Assembly: GCA_963799485.1 (NCBI GenBank)
Contig: CAWCXJ010000004.1
Span: forward strand, 32,001-96,000
Origin: an uncultured Trueperaceae bacterium
GTDB taxonomy: Bacteria; Deinococcota; Deinococci; Deinococcales; Trueperaceae
DNA: 64,000 nucleotides
Reading direction: 5' to 3'
Part shown: positions 28,813-45,784 of the stretch, piece after piece
How the letters are laid out: each line of letters begins with the position of its first letter
Position numbering within the stretch: position 1 is the stretch's first letter
Translations under genes and position numbers: made by a program
Notes under the pieces: model-generated
Told to the model about the DNA's origin: nothing
The model's database searches: none
Seen by the model: only the letters and a program-made list of their open reading frames with translations

Positions 28813-30648
28813 ATGACGTTGCAACCGCCGCCCGTAAGCAAAAAAGAGCTGGTACGGCAGCTGAGTGAAGCCGCGAGACTCCTCGAGCTGCTCGGCGCGG
28901 ACGGCTACCGGGTCAACGCTTACGCGGGCGCGGCGCGGCAACTCGACGCGTTTTCCGGCGATTTTACCGAGCTGTTCAGTGCGCGGCGGCTTGCCAGTCT
29001 GCGCGGTATCGGCGACGGGTTGGCGAGTGAGATGTACGCGCTAAGGACGCAGCCCCGGCTTGCTGTGCTGGACGAACTTTACACCCAGATTCCGGAGGGC
29101 GTCCGTGGGCTTTTGCGTATCTCGGGTCTGGGGCCGAAAAAGGTGCGTCTACTCTGGCTTGACGGGATTGAGAATATCACCGAACTCGTCGCAGCCGTAG
29201 AAGACGGACGCGTTGCCAAGCTCAAAGGTTTCGGGACTAAAAGCGCACGAACGATTTTGGAAGCTGCCAAGTTTGCCCTGCGCGCTTCGGCGCGGCTCCG
29301 GCTCGATGAGGCCGAGATGCTGGCTGCAGCGTTTACCGAAGCCTTTACGCAGACGTTCCCGGCAGCGACTCTCACGTGGGTCGGAGAACTGCGGCGGAGC
29401 CTCGAGACCGTCGGAGAACTGCGCGCCCTCGTCGTCGGCGTTACGGCAGAAGCGTTGGAAAAGGAACTCGAGACCTTTGGCGGCGAAAGCGAAGCAACCG
29501 AGACCGGCTTTAGCGTGACCTTTGCCGAAAGAACGCTCGAGCTTATCCCTACCCACGCCTCCGCGCTGGGAACGGCGCTGGCACTTACGACCGGCGACGA
29601 AGCGTTTACTGCGGCGCTTCAGGAACGCGCTGCAGAGAAGGGCTTGCGGCTTACGCGGGTGGGGCTGCTTAAGGCTGAAGAACGCCTTGCGACCCCCTCT
29701 GAAACCGACGTGTTTGAGTTTCTCGAGCTGCCTTATACGCCACCCGAACGCCGGGACGTGCCGCTCGGCTCGGCTACCGAAAACCTGATTACGCTCAGAG
29801 ATTTGCGTGGGCTGGTGCATAACCACTCGAGCTGGTCGGACGGGGCTGCGCCGCTCCGCGAAATGGTAGAAAAGGCGCGCGCCCTCGGCTACGCCTACCT
29901 GGCGATGGCCGACCATTCCAAAACGTCGTACTACGCCAACGGCTTAAGTATTGAGCGGGTGTTTGCTCAGGCAAAAGAGATCAGGGCCATTCAAGAAGAG
30001 CTGAAGCGTGAGGGCTCGGCGTTTCGGGTGCTGCACGGGCTCGAGGTCGATATCATGCCGGACGGTACACTCGACTATCCCGACGAGGTGCTCGCCACCC
30101 TCGATTACGCTGTCGTCAGCGTGCATCAGCACTTTACGCTGGGTAAAGCCAAGCAAACAGAGCGCATCGTCCGCGCCGTACAAAACCCCTACGCGCACAT
30201 CTTGGCGCATATGACGGGCCGCTTGCTGCTCCACCGCCCGAGCTACGAAGTCGACGTCGAGGCGGTTTTACGCGCGTGTGCCGAGACAGGTACATTTGTC
30301 GAGCTCAACGCCAGCCCCTATCGCCTCGACCTCGACTGGCGGCTGGTGATCCGCGCCCGCGAACTCGGCTGCCGCTTTTCAATCGACCCCGACGCACACC
30401 ACCCGGACGGTTACAAAGACCTCCGCTACGGCGTTATGATGGCCCGTAAAGCCGGTTTGACGGCCCTGGACGTGGTAAACACTGCGCCTACAGCCGAGGC
30501 TTTCCTGACGCGCCTCGCGGCTCAGCCCGACCTGCTCGGTTCGTTTTCCGTAGCTGCATCAGAACGTGTTGACACCCTCTTAGGTGCGTGCTACCCTGCG
30601 TATTCGGACGCGGACGAGAGTACGCGTGTTCGAACCGACGAAGACTAG
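28813..30648 (+). CDS. polX: DNA polymerase X family / PHP-domain protein (non-canonical polymerase site)
   Basis: HhH motifs GIG, GLGPKK, GFGTKS; PHP motifs HNHS.WSDG, DHS, GLEVDI, SVH, AHMTGR, DPDAH. Confidence 0.9.
   Translation: MTLQPPPVSKKELVRQLSEAARLLELLGADGYRVNAYAGAARQLDAFSGDFTELFSARRLASLRGIGDGLASEMYALRTQPRLAVLDELYTQIPEGVRGLLRISGLGPKKVRLLWLDGIENITELVAAVEDGRVAKLKGFGTKSARTILEAAKFALRASARLRLDEAEMLAAAFTEAFTQTFPAATLTWVGELRRSLETVGELRALVVGVTAEALEKELETFGGESEATETGFSVTFAERTLELIPTHASALGTALALTTGDEAFTAALQERAAEKGLRLTRVGLLKAEERLATPSETDVFEFLELPYTPPERRDVPLGSATENLITLRDLRGLVHNHSSWSDGAAPLREMVEKARALGYAYLAMADHSKTSYYANGLSIERVFAQAKEIRAIQEELKREGSAFRVLHGLEVDIMPDGTLDYPDEVLATLDYAVVSVHQHFTLGKAKQTERIVRAVQNPYAHILAHMTGRLLLHRPSYEVDVEAVLRACAETGTFVELNASPYRLDLDWRLVIRARELGCRFSIDPDAHHPDGYKDLRYGVMMARKAGLTALDVVNTAPTAEAFLTRLAAQPDLLGSFSVAASERVDTLLGACYPAYSDADESTRVRTDED
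30569..30597 (+). promoter_or_regulatory. Promoter for the tRNA-tuf cluster, inside the polX 3' end
   Basis: TTGACA-17 bp-TACCCT. Confidence 0.65.
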
Positions 30649-30724
<76 letters not shown>

Positions 30725-30789
30725 GGTTTTTAGAGGTATCATCTGTAATTTACTTACAGATGTGACTGTAAAAATCGTTTTCAGGGTAC

Positions 30790-30874
30790 GGGTAGGTGCC
30801 CGAGTGGTTAAAGGGGACGGACTGTAAATCCGTTGGCTACGCCTACGCTGGTTCAAATCCAGCCCTACCCACCA
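30790..30874 (+). tRNA. tRNA-Tyr(GTA)
   Basis: Anticodon loop CTGTAAA, long variable arm, CCA end. Confidence 0.97.
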
Positions 30875-30925
30875 CACTAGCGGTATCATCGGCTGGAACT
30901 GTTTCACAGATGATACCTTTGATAT

Positions 30926-31001
<76 letters not shown>

Positions 31002-31092
31002 GAAGTTTAGGCTACCGTGAATCGGCTCCGCCGACTCACGGCAAGTAGTGAAAACTGCTGCTTATACTTTCTTGGATACCAGGCTCGGTTAG

Positions 31093-31167
<75 letters not shown>

Positions 31168-31271
31168 ACGTCGAGCAAGCTCAAAGTGTGACCAGACCCG
31201 CAGCTGTCGGGCTGGTTGATTTCGACTGTTGCATATTCAGTATATGCCTCAGACTGAAGAGAGGAAAAAGT

Positions 31272-32489
31272 ATGGCAAAAGCGACTTTTACGAGAACGAA
31301 ACCGCACGTCAATATCGGCACGGTAGGGCACGTCGACCACGGCAAGACGACGTTAACGGCAGCGATTACGTTTACGGCAGCAGCAGCCGACCCTACGATT
31401 GAGACCTTGAGCTACGACATGATCGACAAAGCGCCGGAAGAGAAAGCGCGCGGGATCACCATCAACACCTCGCACGTCGAATACCAGACGGCGGCGCGGC
31501 ACTATAGCCACGTCGACTGCCCCGGACACGCCGACTACGTGAAGAACATGATTACCGGCGCGGCGCAGATGGACGGTGCGATCCTGGTGGTCTCGGCTGC
31601 CGACGGCCCGATGCCGCAAACCAGAGAACATATCCTCTTAGCCCGTCAGGTGGGTGTGCCGTACATCGTCGTGTTCATGAATAAAACCGACATGGTCGAC
31701 GACGAAGAGCTCTTGGAACTCGTCGAGATGGAAGTCCGGGAACTGTTGTCCTCCTACGAGTTTCCCGGCGACGATATTCCTGTCATCAAGGGCTCGGCCT
31801 TAAAAGCCTTGGACGCCCTGACCGCCAACCCCAATACCCAACGCGGTGAAAACGAATGGGTCGATCATATCTGGGAACTCCTGGACGCGGTCGACTCGTA
31901 CATCCCCACCCCCGAACGCGACATCGACCGTCCTTTCTTGATGCCGGTCGAAGACGTCTTTACCATTACCGGACGCGGCACCGTGGCGACGGGCCGGGTC
32001 GAACGCGGGCAGGTCAAAACCGGCGAAGAGATCGCCATCGTGGGTCTTACAGACACCCGCAAATCAATCGTCACCGGGGTCGAGATGCACCGTAAAACGC
32101 TCGATTCGGGGATGGCGGGCGACAACGTCGGCGTCCTTTTGCGCGGCGTCCAAAGAGACGACATCGAACGCGGACAAGTGCTTTCAAAGCCGGGTTCGAT
32201 CACCCCACATACGGGCTTTAAGGGCTCGGTGTATATCTTGAAGAAAGAAGAAGGGGGACGGCACAGCGCCTTCTTTAGCGGCTACCGCCCGCAGTTCTAC
32301 TTTCGGACGACCGACGTGACGGGTGTCTGCACCTTGCCCGACGGGGTCGAGATGGTGATGCCGGGGGACAACGTCGAGTTGGACGTCGAACTGATCAAAC
32401 CCATTGCGATGGAAGAGGGTTTGCGCTTTGCCATTCGTGAAGGTGGTCGCACCGTTGGTGCCGGCGTTGTCAGTCAGGTGACCAAGTAA
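31272..32489 (+). CDS. tuf: Elongation factor Tu
   Basis: [27 protein letters not shown] ... [13 protein letters not shown]; true start 31272. Confidence 0.99.
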   Translation: MAKATFTRTKPHVNIGTVGHVDHGKTTLTAAITFTAAAADPTIETLSYDMIDKAPEEKARGITINTSHVEYQTAARHYSHVDCPGHADYVKNMITGAAQMDGAILVVSAADGPMPQTREHILLARQVGVPYIVVFMNKTDMVDDEELLELVEMEVRELLSSYEFPGDDIPVIKGSALKALDALTANPNTQRGENEWVDHIWELLDAVDSYIPTPERDIDRPFLMPVEDVFTITGRGTVATGRVERGQVKTGEEIAIVGLTDTRKSIVTGVEMHRKTLDSGMAGDNVGVLLRGVQRDDIERGQVLSKPGSITPHTGFKGSVYILKKEEGGRHSAFFSGYRPQFYFRTTDVTGVCTLPDGVEMVMPGDNVELDVELIKPIAMEEGLRFAIREGGRTVGAGVVSQVTK

Positions 32490-32549
32490 GTACCGAGTAG
32501 GTACGGCGTGGGCTGAACTACGGTTTACTCCACTGCCTAAAGGAGAAAA

Positions 32550-32714
32550 ATGGCGAGTGATGTAAGAATCAGGCTGTTGCTCGAGTGTCAAGAGTGCAAA
32601 CGCCGTAACTACGCGACGAACAAAAATCGCCGTAACACCCAGGCGAAGCTCGAGCTTAAAAAATACTGTCCGTGGGACCGCAAGCACACCCCGCACCGCG
32701 AAGTCAAAGCCTGA
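32550..32714 (+). CDS. rpmG: 50S ribosomal protein L33
   Basis: Manual translation [54 protein letters not shown] (below ORF-track cutoff). Confidence 0.97.
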   Translation: MASDVRIRLLLECQECKRRNYATNKNRRNTQAKLELKKYCPWDRKHTPHREVKA

Positions 32715-32893
32715 TGAAAGGTTTACTGCGTTACCTGCGGAATTCACGCGCCGAACTCGGCCGTGTTACCTGGCCGACACGTGAAGAGGTCGTTCAGTCG
32801 ACGCAAGCAACGCTCGTATTCGTGCTTATCACCGTTGCGTTTTTGATGGTCGTCGACGCTATTTTCGGCAATCTCATCAGCGCGATTCTTTAG
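32714..32893 (+). CDS. secE: Preprotein translocase subunit SecE
   Basis: ELGRVTWPTREE plus a single TM; TGATG overlap with rpmG. Confidence 0.95.
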   Translation: MKGLLRYLRNSRAELGRVTWPTREEVVQSTQATLVFVLITVAFLMVVDAIFGNLISAIL

Positions 32894-32938
32894 GGTTTTT
32901 ATGACGAGCGCACCTCAACTAATACGAACGGAGCTGAC

Positions 32939-33496
32939 ATGAGTATCGAGTGGTACGCCGTTCATACTTATGTGGGGCACGAGGAAAAGGTTCGCACCAA
33001 CATGATGCAGCGCGCCCGCTCGCTCGGTATTGCCGACCTCATCTACCAGGTCATCGTGCCTTCAGAAGAAACGGTCGAACACGCGGGCGGTGGTAAAAAA
33101 GAGGTTGTGCGGCGCAAACTTTTCCCCGGCTACGTCTTTGTGCAGATGGATATGGGCGACAACCCTGACGAACCCAATGAAGCCTGGGAGGTTGTGCGCA
33201 ATACGCCCGGCGTAACCGGCTTCGTCGGTACGGCGACGCGCGCGGTACCGCTGACACAAGAAGAAGAGGCGCGAATGCTCGGGACGATGGGGCTTACCGG
33301 CACCAAGGAAACGCCTAAAGTCAAGGTCAGTTTTGCTGTCGGCAATATCGTACAGGTTACGTCGGGGCCGTTTGCCGACTTCACCGGCGTCGTTTCCGAA
33401 CTCAACCCGGAGCGCGGCAAGGTCAAAGTGCTCGTATCTATCTTCGGGCGGGAAACACCCGTCGAACTCGATTTTTCGCAGGTCATCAAAAACTAG
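32939..33496 (+). CDS. nusG: Transcription factor NusG
   Basis: [35 protein letters not shown]. Confidence 0.98.
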   Translation: MSIEWYAVHTYVGHEEKVRTNMMQRARSLGIADLIYQVIVPSEETVEHAGGGKKEVVRRKLFPGYVFVQMDMGDNPDEPNEAWEVVRNTPGVTGFVGTATRAVPLTQEEEARMLGTMGLTGTKETPKVKVSFAVGNIVQVTSGPFADFTGVVSELNPERGKVKVLVSIFGRETPVELDFSQVIKN

Positions 33497-33572
33497 GTCT
33501 AGCGTACCTGAAGTTTTGGCTGGCGTTTGAACCCCGTGTGCGCCACACGCCGGGGGAGCTTAAGGAGGAAGT

Positions 33573-34010
33573 ATGGCAAAGAAAATTGCTGGGATCGTAA
33601 AACTCCAGCTGCCCGCCGGGAAGGCGACACCCGCCCCCCCGGTCGGGCCGGCGCTTGGTCAATATGGGGCCAACATTATGGGGTTCGTCAAAGAGTATAA
33701 CGCGGCTACTGCGTCGCAAGCGGGCGCGATTGTGCCGGTCGAAATCACCATTTTTGCCGACCGCAGCTTTACCTTTATCACCAAAACGCCGCCGGCAAGC
33801 TACCTGATTCAGCAAGCAGCGGGTATCGCTAAAGGGTCGGGCGTACCGAACAAGCAAAAAGTCGGGAAGCTTACCTGGGATCAGTGCCTCGAGCTAGGCC
33901 GTACCAAGATGAAAGACCTAAATGCCGCAGACGAAACGGCGGCGGCTAAAGTCATTGCGGGGACGGCGCGTTCGATGGGCGTGACCATTGAGGGGGCTCC
34001 CGATGCCTAA
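33573..34010 (+). CDS. rplK: 50S ribosomal protein L11
   Basis: [23 protein letters not shown]. Confidence 0.98.
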   Translation: MAKKIAGIVKLQLPAGKATPAPPVGPALGQYGANIMGFVKEYNAATASQAGAIVPVEITIFADRSFTFITKTPPASYLIQQAAGIAKGSGVPNKQKVGKLTWDQCLELGRTKMKDLNAADETAAAKVIAGTARSMGVTIEGAPDA

Positions 34011-34686
34011 ACACGGCAAACGTTACCGGAGCCTGTTGGAAAAAGTCGATACGGCCAAGGTGTACTCGAGCGACGAAGCAACAACGCTCGTCAAAGAACT
34101 CGCAACCGCCAAGTTCGATGAGACGATCGAAGCGCACGTGCGTCTAGGTATCGACCCGCGTAAATCGGACCAAAATGTGCGCGGCACCGTTGCCCTGCCG
34201 CACGGTACCGGACGCACGGTTCGCGTCCTCGCGCTGACCCAAGGTGACAAAGTGAGCGACGCGGAAGCGGCAGGCGCAGATTTCGTCGGCGGGGATGAAA
34301 TGATCACTCGGATTCAGGGGGGGTGGCTCGAGTTCGACGCCGTAGTCGCTACACCTGACATGATGGCCGCTGTTGGTAGTAAGCTCGGTCGCATCCTCGG
34401 CCCACGTGGTCTCTTGCCGAACCCCCGCTCCGGTACCGTCGGCCCGAATATCGGTGAACTCGTGCGCGCCCTTAAAGCCGGTCAGATCGAGTTTCGTAAC
34501 GATAAAACCGGCGTCGTTCACGCACCTATCGGTAAGGCGAGTTTCGACGCGGCCAAGCTGCAAGAAAACCTGAATGCGTTTCGCAGCGCAGTCGAAGCGG
34601 CAAAACCTGAAACCGCTCGCGGCGTCTTTGTCCGCACGGTTTTCCTGAGCTCGACAATGGGTCCGAGCGTTCAGGTGGGTACTTAA
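34003..34686 (+). CDS. rplA: 50S ribosomal protein L1
   Basis: [30 protein letters not shown]. Confidence 0.98.
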   Translation: MPKHGKRYRSLLEKVDTAKVYSSDEATTLVKELATAKFDETIEAHVRLGIDPRKSDQNVRGTVALPHGTGRTVRVLALTQGDKVSDAEAAGADFVGGDEMITRIQGGWLEFDAVVATPDMMAAVGSKLGRILGPRGLLPNPRSGTVGPNIGELVRALKAGQIEFRNDKTGVVHAPIGKASFDAAKLQENLNAFRSAVEAAKPETARGVFVRTVFLSSTMGPSVQVGT

Positions 34687-34757
34687 GCAATGAGTGCCGA
34701 GCCATGAGCAACGAGTGAACGCTTTTCTCTCATTACTCATGGCTTTTACCTCATTGC
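34687..34757. repeat. Heptamer-periodic imperfect hairpin element (copy 1)
   Basis: AATGAGT GCCGAGC CATGAGC AACGAGT ... CTCATTA CTCATGG CTTTTAC CTCATTG. Confidence 0.7.
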
Positions 34758-34791
34758 CGCTTTTAAGCATCTCGGTGCGAAGCACCTTTTT

Positions 34792-34915
34792 GGCGTTGGA
34801 GACAGCAGGGGCCGCCAGGCTTAAAGACCCTGCCGAGGCGCTAGTTCGGTTGATGAGGTTAAACCTACCGAGCTAGTCGTGCTTCGCGGTTGACGTTCTC
34901 ACTATTTAGGAAGGT
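34792..34915 (+). promoter_or_regulatory. L10 leader (autoregulatory RNA)
   Basis: GAGACAGCAGG...TTAAA..CCTGCCGAGG core upstream of rplJ. Confidence 0.75.
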
Positions 34916-34920
34916 GTTAG

Positions 34921-35448
34921 GTGGCAAACAAGAGGAATACCGCGTCGGTAGAAGAACTGCGTGTTCTTTTAGGCGACGCCAAGACGTTTTTCCTCATCGA
35001 TTACCAGGGACTTTCTGCGGATCAGATCGGCAAGCTGCGTACAAAAGTACGTGACGCCGGTGGGCGGATGCTGGTAGCGAAGAATACGCTCGTCAGTGTG
35101 GTCTTAAAAGAGCAGGGTGCTGCTGACTTGGGCACGAAGCTTACCGGCCCCACCGCCCTTATTTTGGTCGGCGACGATCCCGTTGCCCCGGCAAAAGCAA
35201 TTACTGACTTTGCCGATGACAACGCAAAAGACCTGCCCACAGCGAAAGGTGGACTTTTAGAAGGCGCGATTATTGAAGCCGACGCCGTCTCTAGAGTCGC
35301 CAAGCTGCCCACTCGCGAGCAGCTCCTCAGCGAGCTGGTGGGCGTGTTGCAAGCGCCGTTGCAGCAAGCGGTGGGTGTTTTGGAAGCCGCTCCGCAGAAC
35401 CTGGTATCCGTCATAACCAACTACTCAGAAAAACTCAAGGAGGCCTAA
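34921..35448 (+). CDS. rplJ: 50S ribosomal protein L10
   Basis: [27 protein letters not shown]. Confidence 0.97.
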   Translation: MANKRNTASVEELRVLLGDAKTFFLIDYQGLSADQIGKLRTKVRDAGGRMLVAKNTLVSVVLKEQGAADLGTKLTGPTALILVGDDPVAPAKAITDFADDNAKDLPTAKGGLLEGAIIEADAVSRVAKLPTREQLLSELVGVLQAPLQQAVGVLEAAPQNLVSVITNYSEKLKEA

Positions 35449-35449
35449 C

Positions 35450-35836
35450 ATGGCATACGACAAACAAGCCCTTATCGACCAACTCGGCGGCCTGACCGTC
35501 CTCGAACTCGTCGACCTCGTTGAAGGTCTGAAAGAAACGTGGGGCGTTGAAGCCGCCGCCGCGATGCCCGCCGGGATGATGATGCCTGCCGGGGGCGCAG
35601 CCGGTGCCGCGCCCGCCGCCGAAGAGCAGACCGAGTTTACCGTCAGCATTAAAACTGCCGGCGACAAAAAGCTCAACGTCATTAAAGAAGTCCGCGCGAT
35701 CACGAGCCTTGGCCTCAAAGAAGCCAAAGACCTGGTTGAAGCGGGCGGCGTCGTCAAAGAGGGTATTGCCAAAGACGAAGCCGACGAAATTCGCGGCAAG
35801 CTCGAGGCTGCCGGCGCGACCGTCGAAGTCAAATAG
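35450..35836 (+). CDS. rplL: 50S ribosomal protein L7/L12
   Basis: [27 protein letters not shown]. Confidence 0.98.
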   Translation: MAYDKQALIDQLGGLTVLELVDLVEGLKETWGVEAAAAMPAGMMMPAGGAAGAAPAAEEQTEFTVSIKTAGDKKLNVIKEVRAITSLGLKEAKDLVEAGGVVKEGIAKDEADEIRGKLEAAGATVEVK

Positions 35837-35856
35837 GTTTTTAAGCACCAGATGCA

Positions 35857-35891
35857 AGAGGGTAGGTCACGTGGCCTACCCTCTATCTTTT
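35857..35891 (+). terminator. Intrinsic terminator/attenuator after rplL
   Basis: AGAGGGTAGG...CCTACCCTCT stem followed by ATCTTTT. Confidence 0.75.
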
Positions 35892-36009
35892 GAGAATGCC
35901 TTATGCTAGTATAGTTGTTTGCTGCGCCCCACCGGGAGGTGAACTTTGGGCCTGCTGTAGATGACCAGTTTAGCTGACCCGGCATACAAGCGCATACGAT
36001 TTGTTACAT

Positions 36010-36045
36010 TAGCTTAAACCCTCACGATAGCTTAAACCCTCACGA
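36010..36045. repeat. 18-bp perfect tandem duplication in the rplL-rpoB spacer
   Basis: TAGCTTAAACCCTCACGA twice. Confidence 0.95.
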
Positions 36046-36274
36046 CTACGCAAACGAGAGAGTCCCACGCACTGTTTAGACGAACCCACAACACAGTCAC
36101 GGCTACCCAGGCATAAGCTTGGCGTCTTTTGCTGCCTGCTCATAAGGCAGCCGATACTTAAGGCCTTATAGTGCATACTTTACAACTTTGACCTTTTAAG
36201 AGCAAGACCGCCACAGATAAGTGGCAGATAAGCAGCTGACTGCAAAGCCGAGTACGACTTTTAGAGAGGTGACG

Positions 36275-39200
36275 ATGCGCGAGATTCGCAAATTTGGGAC
36301 AATTGAAGAAGTTATCGAACTCCCGAACCTGACCGATATTCAGATCAAGTCATACAACACGTTTTTGCAACTGGGAAAAAGTGCGCCGGAGCGTGAGAAC
36401 CTAGGTTTGCAAAGTGCCTTCAAGGAAGTTTTTCCGATAGACGAAACCGAACGTGGGCGGCAGACGGGGCTGGTGCTCGATTTTCTCGAGTACACCCTCC
36501 AACCTCCTGAATTTACGCCCGAAGAGTGCCGCGAAAAAGACCTCTCGTATCACTCCGGGTTGTTTGCTAAACTGCAGTTGGTTCACAAAGACACCGGCCT
36601 GATTAAAGAAGACCAGGTATTTCTGGGCGACTTGCCGCTGATGACCGAAGACGGCTCGTTTGTCATCAACGGGGCCGATAGGGTCATCGTTTCGCAGATT
36701 CACCGCTCCCCCGGTACCTACTTTACGAGCGCCCCTAAAGGTCTCGGCAAAACCCACATGGCGAGCATCATCCCGATGCCCAAACGTGGGCCGTGGATCG
36801 AGTTGGAGTTCGATAACTCCGACGTCTTATGGATGAAGGTCAACAAGAAAAAGTTTCCCTTTACCCTCATCTTGCGCGTTCTGGGTTACAGCGACGCCGA
36901 AATTCGCGGGCTGTTTGCCGGTAGCGAGGCGCTCATCGACGCGACCTTCGAAGAGGACACGACCACGGGTGCGTCGGTTGAAGAGGCGCTCCTCAAGCTC
37001 TTTACGGTGCTTCGCCCCGGCGACCCGCCCAAGGTCGACAAGGCCAAGTCTTACCTCTTTAGCCTCCTAGCCGACCCGCGCCGGTACGACCTCGGCGACG
37101 CGGGCCGTTACAAGATGAACACCAAATTGGAACTCGAGTTCGAGGAGAGTACGCTGCTCGGTTTCGACAAGGAGAACGACCGTTTTATCGACTACGGCCT
37201 CGTCCCGGCGATTCAGTACCTTGTCAATCTTCAGGCGGGCGTCGAGTCCTACGAAGAAGACGACATCGACCATCTCGGCAACCGCCGCATCCGCACCGTC
37301 GGTGAACTCGTCGCCGACCAGATTCGCGTCGGTTTGGGTCGGATGGCGCGGGGTGTCCGCGAGCGGATGCTGCTCGGAAACCCGGACGCTGCCACGCCGC
37401 AAAAACTTGTGAACAACCGTCCCATCGTGGCGGCGCTCCGTGAGTTTTTCGGTCGCAGCCAGCTCAGCCAGTTTAAGGATCAGGTCAACCCTTTGTCAGA
37501 ACTGCGTCACAAACGCCGCATTTCAGCCCTCGGGCCGGGCGGCCTGACGAGGGAACGCGCCGGTTTCGACGTCCGTGACGTTCACCGCACCCACTACGGG
37601 CGTATCTGTCCGATTGAAACGCCTGAAGGTGCGAACATCGGTCTGATCACCTCTTTGGCCTCGTTCGCTCGGGTCAACCCGCTCGGGTTCATCGAAGCGC
37701 CGTACCGCCGCGTGGTCGACGGCAAGGTCACGAACGACGTGCAGTACATGACCGCCCACCAAGAAGACAAGTACGTCATTGCACAAGCCAACACCATTTT
37801 GGACGATACCAACGGCTTTGCCAACGACAGCGTGTTGACGCGCCGTTTGGGAGACCCGTTTTACGTCGAGCCGGAAACCGTCGACTTTATGGACGTGTCG
37901 CCGAAGCAGATTATCTCGGTGCCGACTTCGCTCATCCCGTTTTTGGAGCACGATGACGCCAACCGCGCCTTGATGGGTTCGAACATGCAGTCGCAAGCCG
38001 TGCCGCTGATTAAACCCGACGCGCCGTACGTCGGGACGGGGGTTGAAGAAAGGGTCTCGCGGGACTCAGGCACCGTCTTACTCGCTACCGAAGACGGCAC
38101 CGTCACCTACGTCGACGCCAAACGTATCGTGACTGAAAACGACCGCAAGGTCGAGCATGAATATCAGCTGACCCGCTTCCAGCGCTCAAACCAGAACACG
38201 AACTTGGATCAGCGTCCGCTCGTCAATGTCGGCGACGTGGTTACGAACGGTCAGGTTATCGCGGACGGCCCCGCCTCGCAAAGCGGTCGTCTGGCTTTAG
38301 GTCAAAACGTTCTCATCGCCATTATGCCTTTTGACGGTTACAACTTCGAAGACGCAATTGTTTTGTCTGAACGGCTCGTGCGTTCGGACGCCTACACGAG
38401 CGTTCACATCGAAAAGTACGAAAAAGAAGCTAGAGACACCAAACTCGGCCCGGAAAAAATTACCCGCGACATCCCTGGTTTGAGTGAAGCTGCACTCCGC
38501 GACCTCGACGAAGACGGTGTGGTGCGAATCGGCGCTGAGGTCAAACAAGGCGACATCTTGGTCGGTCACACCTCGTTCAAGGGTGAAACCGAACCGACAC
38601 CGGAAGAGCGCCTTTTGCGTTCGATCTTCGGGGAAAAGGCGAGGGAAGTAAAAGACACCTCGCTCCGCGTGCCCCCCGGTGACGGCGGCATCATCCTCCG
38701 CACGGTGCGGTTTCGCCGTGGCGACGCGGGCGTTGAACTCAAACCCGGGGTGCAGGAGATGGTGCGCGTCTACATCGCGCAAAAACGCCGTTTGATTGAG
38801 GGTGACAAGCTCGCCAACCGGCACGGGAACAAAGGTGTCGTGGCGAAGATTCTGCCACCTGAAGACATGCCGTATATGCCCGACGGCACGCCCGTTGACC
38901 TCGTATTCAACCCGCTCGGGGTGCCGTCCCGGATGAACCTGGGCCAGATTTTAGAAACGCACCTGGGTCTGGCAGCGTACAAAAACAACGTTTCTTACGT
39001 GACGCCGGTTTTCGACAGCGCCCGCGAAGAGCAGATTAAAGCGCTGCTCGAGACCGCCACCCGTGAAGACTTGGCTGCCGATAAGAAAGCCGGGTTTGAA
39101 ACCGACATACGCGAAGCGCGGGTGATCGAACGCGCCGCCAAGCTCGGCATCATCGACCGCGATATGGACGACGAAGCGGCGCGAATCGCGCTCGCCCGCA

Positions 39201-39652
39201 CCGGCAAAACCGTATTGTTCGACGGTCACACCGGCGAAGCCGTAGACGCGCCCATCGTGGTCGGTGTGATGTACGTCATGAAGCTCTACCACATGGTCGA
39301 GGACAAGATGCACGCCCGCTCGACCGGCCCGTACTCGCTCATCACGCAGCAGCCTTTGGGCGGTAAAGCGCAGTTCGGCGGGCAGCGTCTGGGTGAAATG
39401 GAGTGCTGGGCGCTTCAGGCCCACGGCGCGGCGCACACGCTCCAGGAGATGCTCACTATCAAATCCGACGACATCGACGGGCGCAACACCTCGTATGAAG
39501 CCATCGTCAAAGGTAACGACGTGTTAGAACCCACCATCCCCGAATCGTTCAAGGTTCTGGTCAAAGAGCTTCACTCGCTCGGGCTCGACGTTCAGGTCAT
39601 GGACGACGCACAGCCGATCAGCATCTTCGACGAATCAGGTAGAGGCAAGTAA
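36275..39652 (+). CDS. rpoB: RNA polymerase beta subunit
   Basis: [38 protein letters not shown] favours ATG 36275. Confidence 0.99.
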   Translation: MREIRKFGTIEEVIELPNLTDIQIKSYNTFLQLGKSAPERENLGLQSAFKEVFPIDETERGRQTGLVLDFLEYTLQPPEFTPEECREKDLSYHSGLFAKLQLVHKDTGLIKEDQVFLGDLPLMTEDGSFVINGADRVIVSQIHRSPGTYFTSAPKGLGKTHMASIIPMPKRGPWIELEFDNSDVLWMKVNKKKFPFTLILRVLGYSDAEIRGLFAGSEALIDATFEEDTTTGASVEEALLKLFTVLRPGDPPKVDKAKSYLFSLLADPRRYDLGDAGRYKMNTKLELEFEESTLLGFDKENDRFIDYGLVPAIQYLVNLQAGVESYEEDDIDHLGNRRIRTVGELVADQIRVGLGRMARGVRERMLLGNPDAATPQKLVNNRPIVAALREFFGRSQLSQFKDQVNPLSELRHKRRISALGPGGLTRERAGFDVRDVHRTHYGRICPIETPEGANIGLITSLASFARVNPLGFIEAPYRRVVDGKVTNDVQYMTAHQEDKYVIAQANTILDDTNGFANDSVLTRRLGDPFYVEPETVDFMDVSPKQIISVPTSLIPFLEHDDANRALMGSNMQSQAVPLIKPDAPYVGTGVEERVSRDSGTVLLATEDGTVTYVDAKRIVTENDRKVEHEYQLTRFQRSNQNTNLDQRPLVNVGDVVTNGQVIADGPASQSGRLALGQNVLIAIMPFDGYNFEDAIVLSERLVRSDAYTSVHIEKYEKEARDTKLGPEKITRDIPGLSEAALRDLDEDGVVRIGAEVKQGDILVGHTSFKGETEPTPEERLLRSIFGEKAREVKDTSLRVPPGDGGIILRTVRFRRGDAGVELKPGVQEMVRVYIAQKRRLIEGDKLANRHGNKGVVAKILPPEDMPYMPDGTPVDLVFNPLGVPSRMNLGQILETHLGLAAYKNNVSYVTPVFDSAREEQIKALLETATREDLAADKKAGFETDIREARVIERAAKLGIIDRDMDDEAARIALARTGKTVLFDGHTGEAVDAPIVVGVMYVMKLYHMVEDKMHARSTGPYSLITQQPLGGKAQFGGQRLGEMECWALQAHGAAHTLQEMLTIKSDDIDGRNTSYEAIVKGNDVLEPTIPESFKVLVKELHSLGLDVQVMDDAQPISIFDESGRGK

Positions 39653-39660
39653 GGGGGAAT

Positions 39661-44238
<4,578 letters not shown>

Positions 44239-44258
44239 ATTCACTCTATAGTCAAAGA

Positions 44259-44282
44259 GTCGGACATTCATGTCCGGTTTTT
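44259..44282 (+). terminator. Intrinsic terminator after rpoC
   Basis: CGGACA-TTCA-TGTCCG followed by a T-run. Confidence 0.7.
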
Positions 44283-44317
44283 CATGTTTAGGCTTTTACG
44301 GCGGTATGCTCAGGTTC

Positions 44318-44716
44318 ATGACCGAGATATTTGTTGTCGCGTTAGACCCAGGCCACAATATCGGCGTGGCGTTCGTCTCTAAGAATGGGGGTGCTAGGGT
44401 TTCATAAGGTGATGGATTTGGAGAGTCTAAAAACCCTCGAGTTCCCCCCCAAACCACCGTCCTAGTTGGCAATGGCACCGGCAGCGACACCGTAAAAAAA
44501 GTGCTGAGCAAAAGAGAGATAGCGTTCGAGGTTGTCGATGAATGGGGCTCGAGCCTCACCGCCCGCAAACTCTACTTTCGTGACCAGCCGCCGAGGGGTT
44601 TGCAGCGTCTTTTACCGGAGGGTATGAGAACGCCGCCCGGACTGATTGACGATTATGCGGCTTACGCTCTGGCTCTGGCTTACCTCGCTAAATTGGGCAA
44701 ATCGTCCCAACCGTAA
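44318..44716 (+). pseudogene. YqgF/RNase H-fold protein with two compensating homopolymer frameshifts
   Basis: VALDPG, VLVGNGTGS, VVDEWGSSL.AR..YF, IDDYAA; extra G at 44387-44391 and missing C at 44444-44450. Confidence 0.75.
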
Positions 44717-45193
44717 GCGACTTCTTCCAAGATCTCGCCGCCAATGTCAATGGGTTTGGTTTTGAGGTAACGCCCGCCCAGCTTTTCGTAGAACCCGCGT
44801 GAAGAATTCGTCGAGAGCACCCAGAGCAGCATGGCAGTGTGGTTTTGCTCCAAAAACCGCTTGACTATCCCCCAAACAATGCTTCGCCGTAACCGTAGCC
44901 CTGCTGTTCTTTCAGGAGATAAAGGGCGTAAAGCTCGGCCGTATAAACCGGGTCGTGTTCACGTTCCAAACCCCGTTGACGAAACCGATAACCTTATCTT
45001 GTTGACCGGTAACTACGAAAACAGATTGTTTTTTAGCCCGTTCGATAACCTCTCGCCAGAAGTTCACCCGCTGCTCCACTGAGAGCCCGTCTAATACAGC
45101 GTCCGGCATTAAGCCCCGGTAGGTGTTACGCCAACTCTCGACGTGGACGTGTCCGATAGCTGAGGCGTCGTCAACGGTAGCAGGCCGAATCAT
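44680..45193 (-). pseudogene. GNAT acetyltransferase with two homopolymer frameshifts
   Basis: MIRPATVDDA...; adding one base at each of C-runs 44971-44974 and 44869-44873 restores ELYALYLL..QQGYGYG and LWVLSTN...FYEKLGG. Confidence 0.78.
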
Positions 45194-45277
45194 GTCTTAG
45201 TTTAACGACTTGGTGCTTTAAGAAAGACACAGTAAAAAAGACCGGGGAACTCCCGGCCTCAGTAGGTAAAATTTCGG

Positions 45278-45784
45278 TTAATTCAGTTCGTCTTCGTCGC
45301 CCGCGTCCATCATCGCGCGCGCTTCTTTGGTGTCGATGCCCAAAACAGCGCTGATCTCACCGGCTAACAGGCGCAGGGCGCGGCGGTAGGCTTGGCGGTC
45401 GAGGTCGGGCAACCCGCGCTCCAAGTCCCAGCGGCGCAGCTCGCTGCCCAAGGTGGCAATCTGATACGGGTCGCCGGACGACAAGATTTCGGTGACGCGG
45501 CGGTGACGGGCGGCCCACTGTTTGGGCAGGTTGACCCGACCGTTGCCGAGGCGCTCGAGCACGTTATGCACTTCGGTCTTGGTTAAAGCGGGGCGGAGGC
45601 CCGCAGCTTGCGGTGCGGCGACCGGCACAAACGCTTTCGAGGTGCCGTTCGGAAACGCGACCTCGTAGTACTGGTGGTCGGCGCCTGCAATGGTGCGCGT
45701 GGTGGTGCCTTCGACGATGCCGACACCGTAGGGCGGCAAAACTACCTGGTCGCCATGCTTATAGGTTTTTTGGATATCTTTCAA
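45278..45784 (-). CDS. carD: CarD family transcription factor
   Basis: GDQVVLPPYGVG, AFVPV, LPKQWAARHR. Confidence 0.92.
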   Translation of the reverse strand: MKDIQKTYKHGDQVVLPPYGVGIVEGTTTRTIAGADHQYYEVAFPNGTSKAFVPVAAPQAAGLRPALTKTEVHNVLERLGNGRVNLPKQWAARHRRVTEILSSGDPYQIATLGSELRRWDLERGLPDLDRQAYRRALRLLAGEISAVLGIDTKEARAMMDAGDEDELN

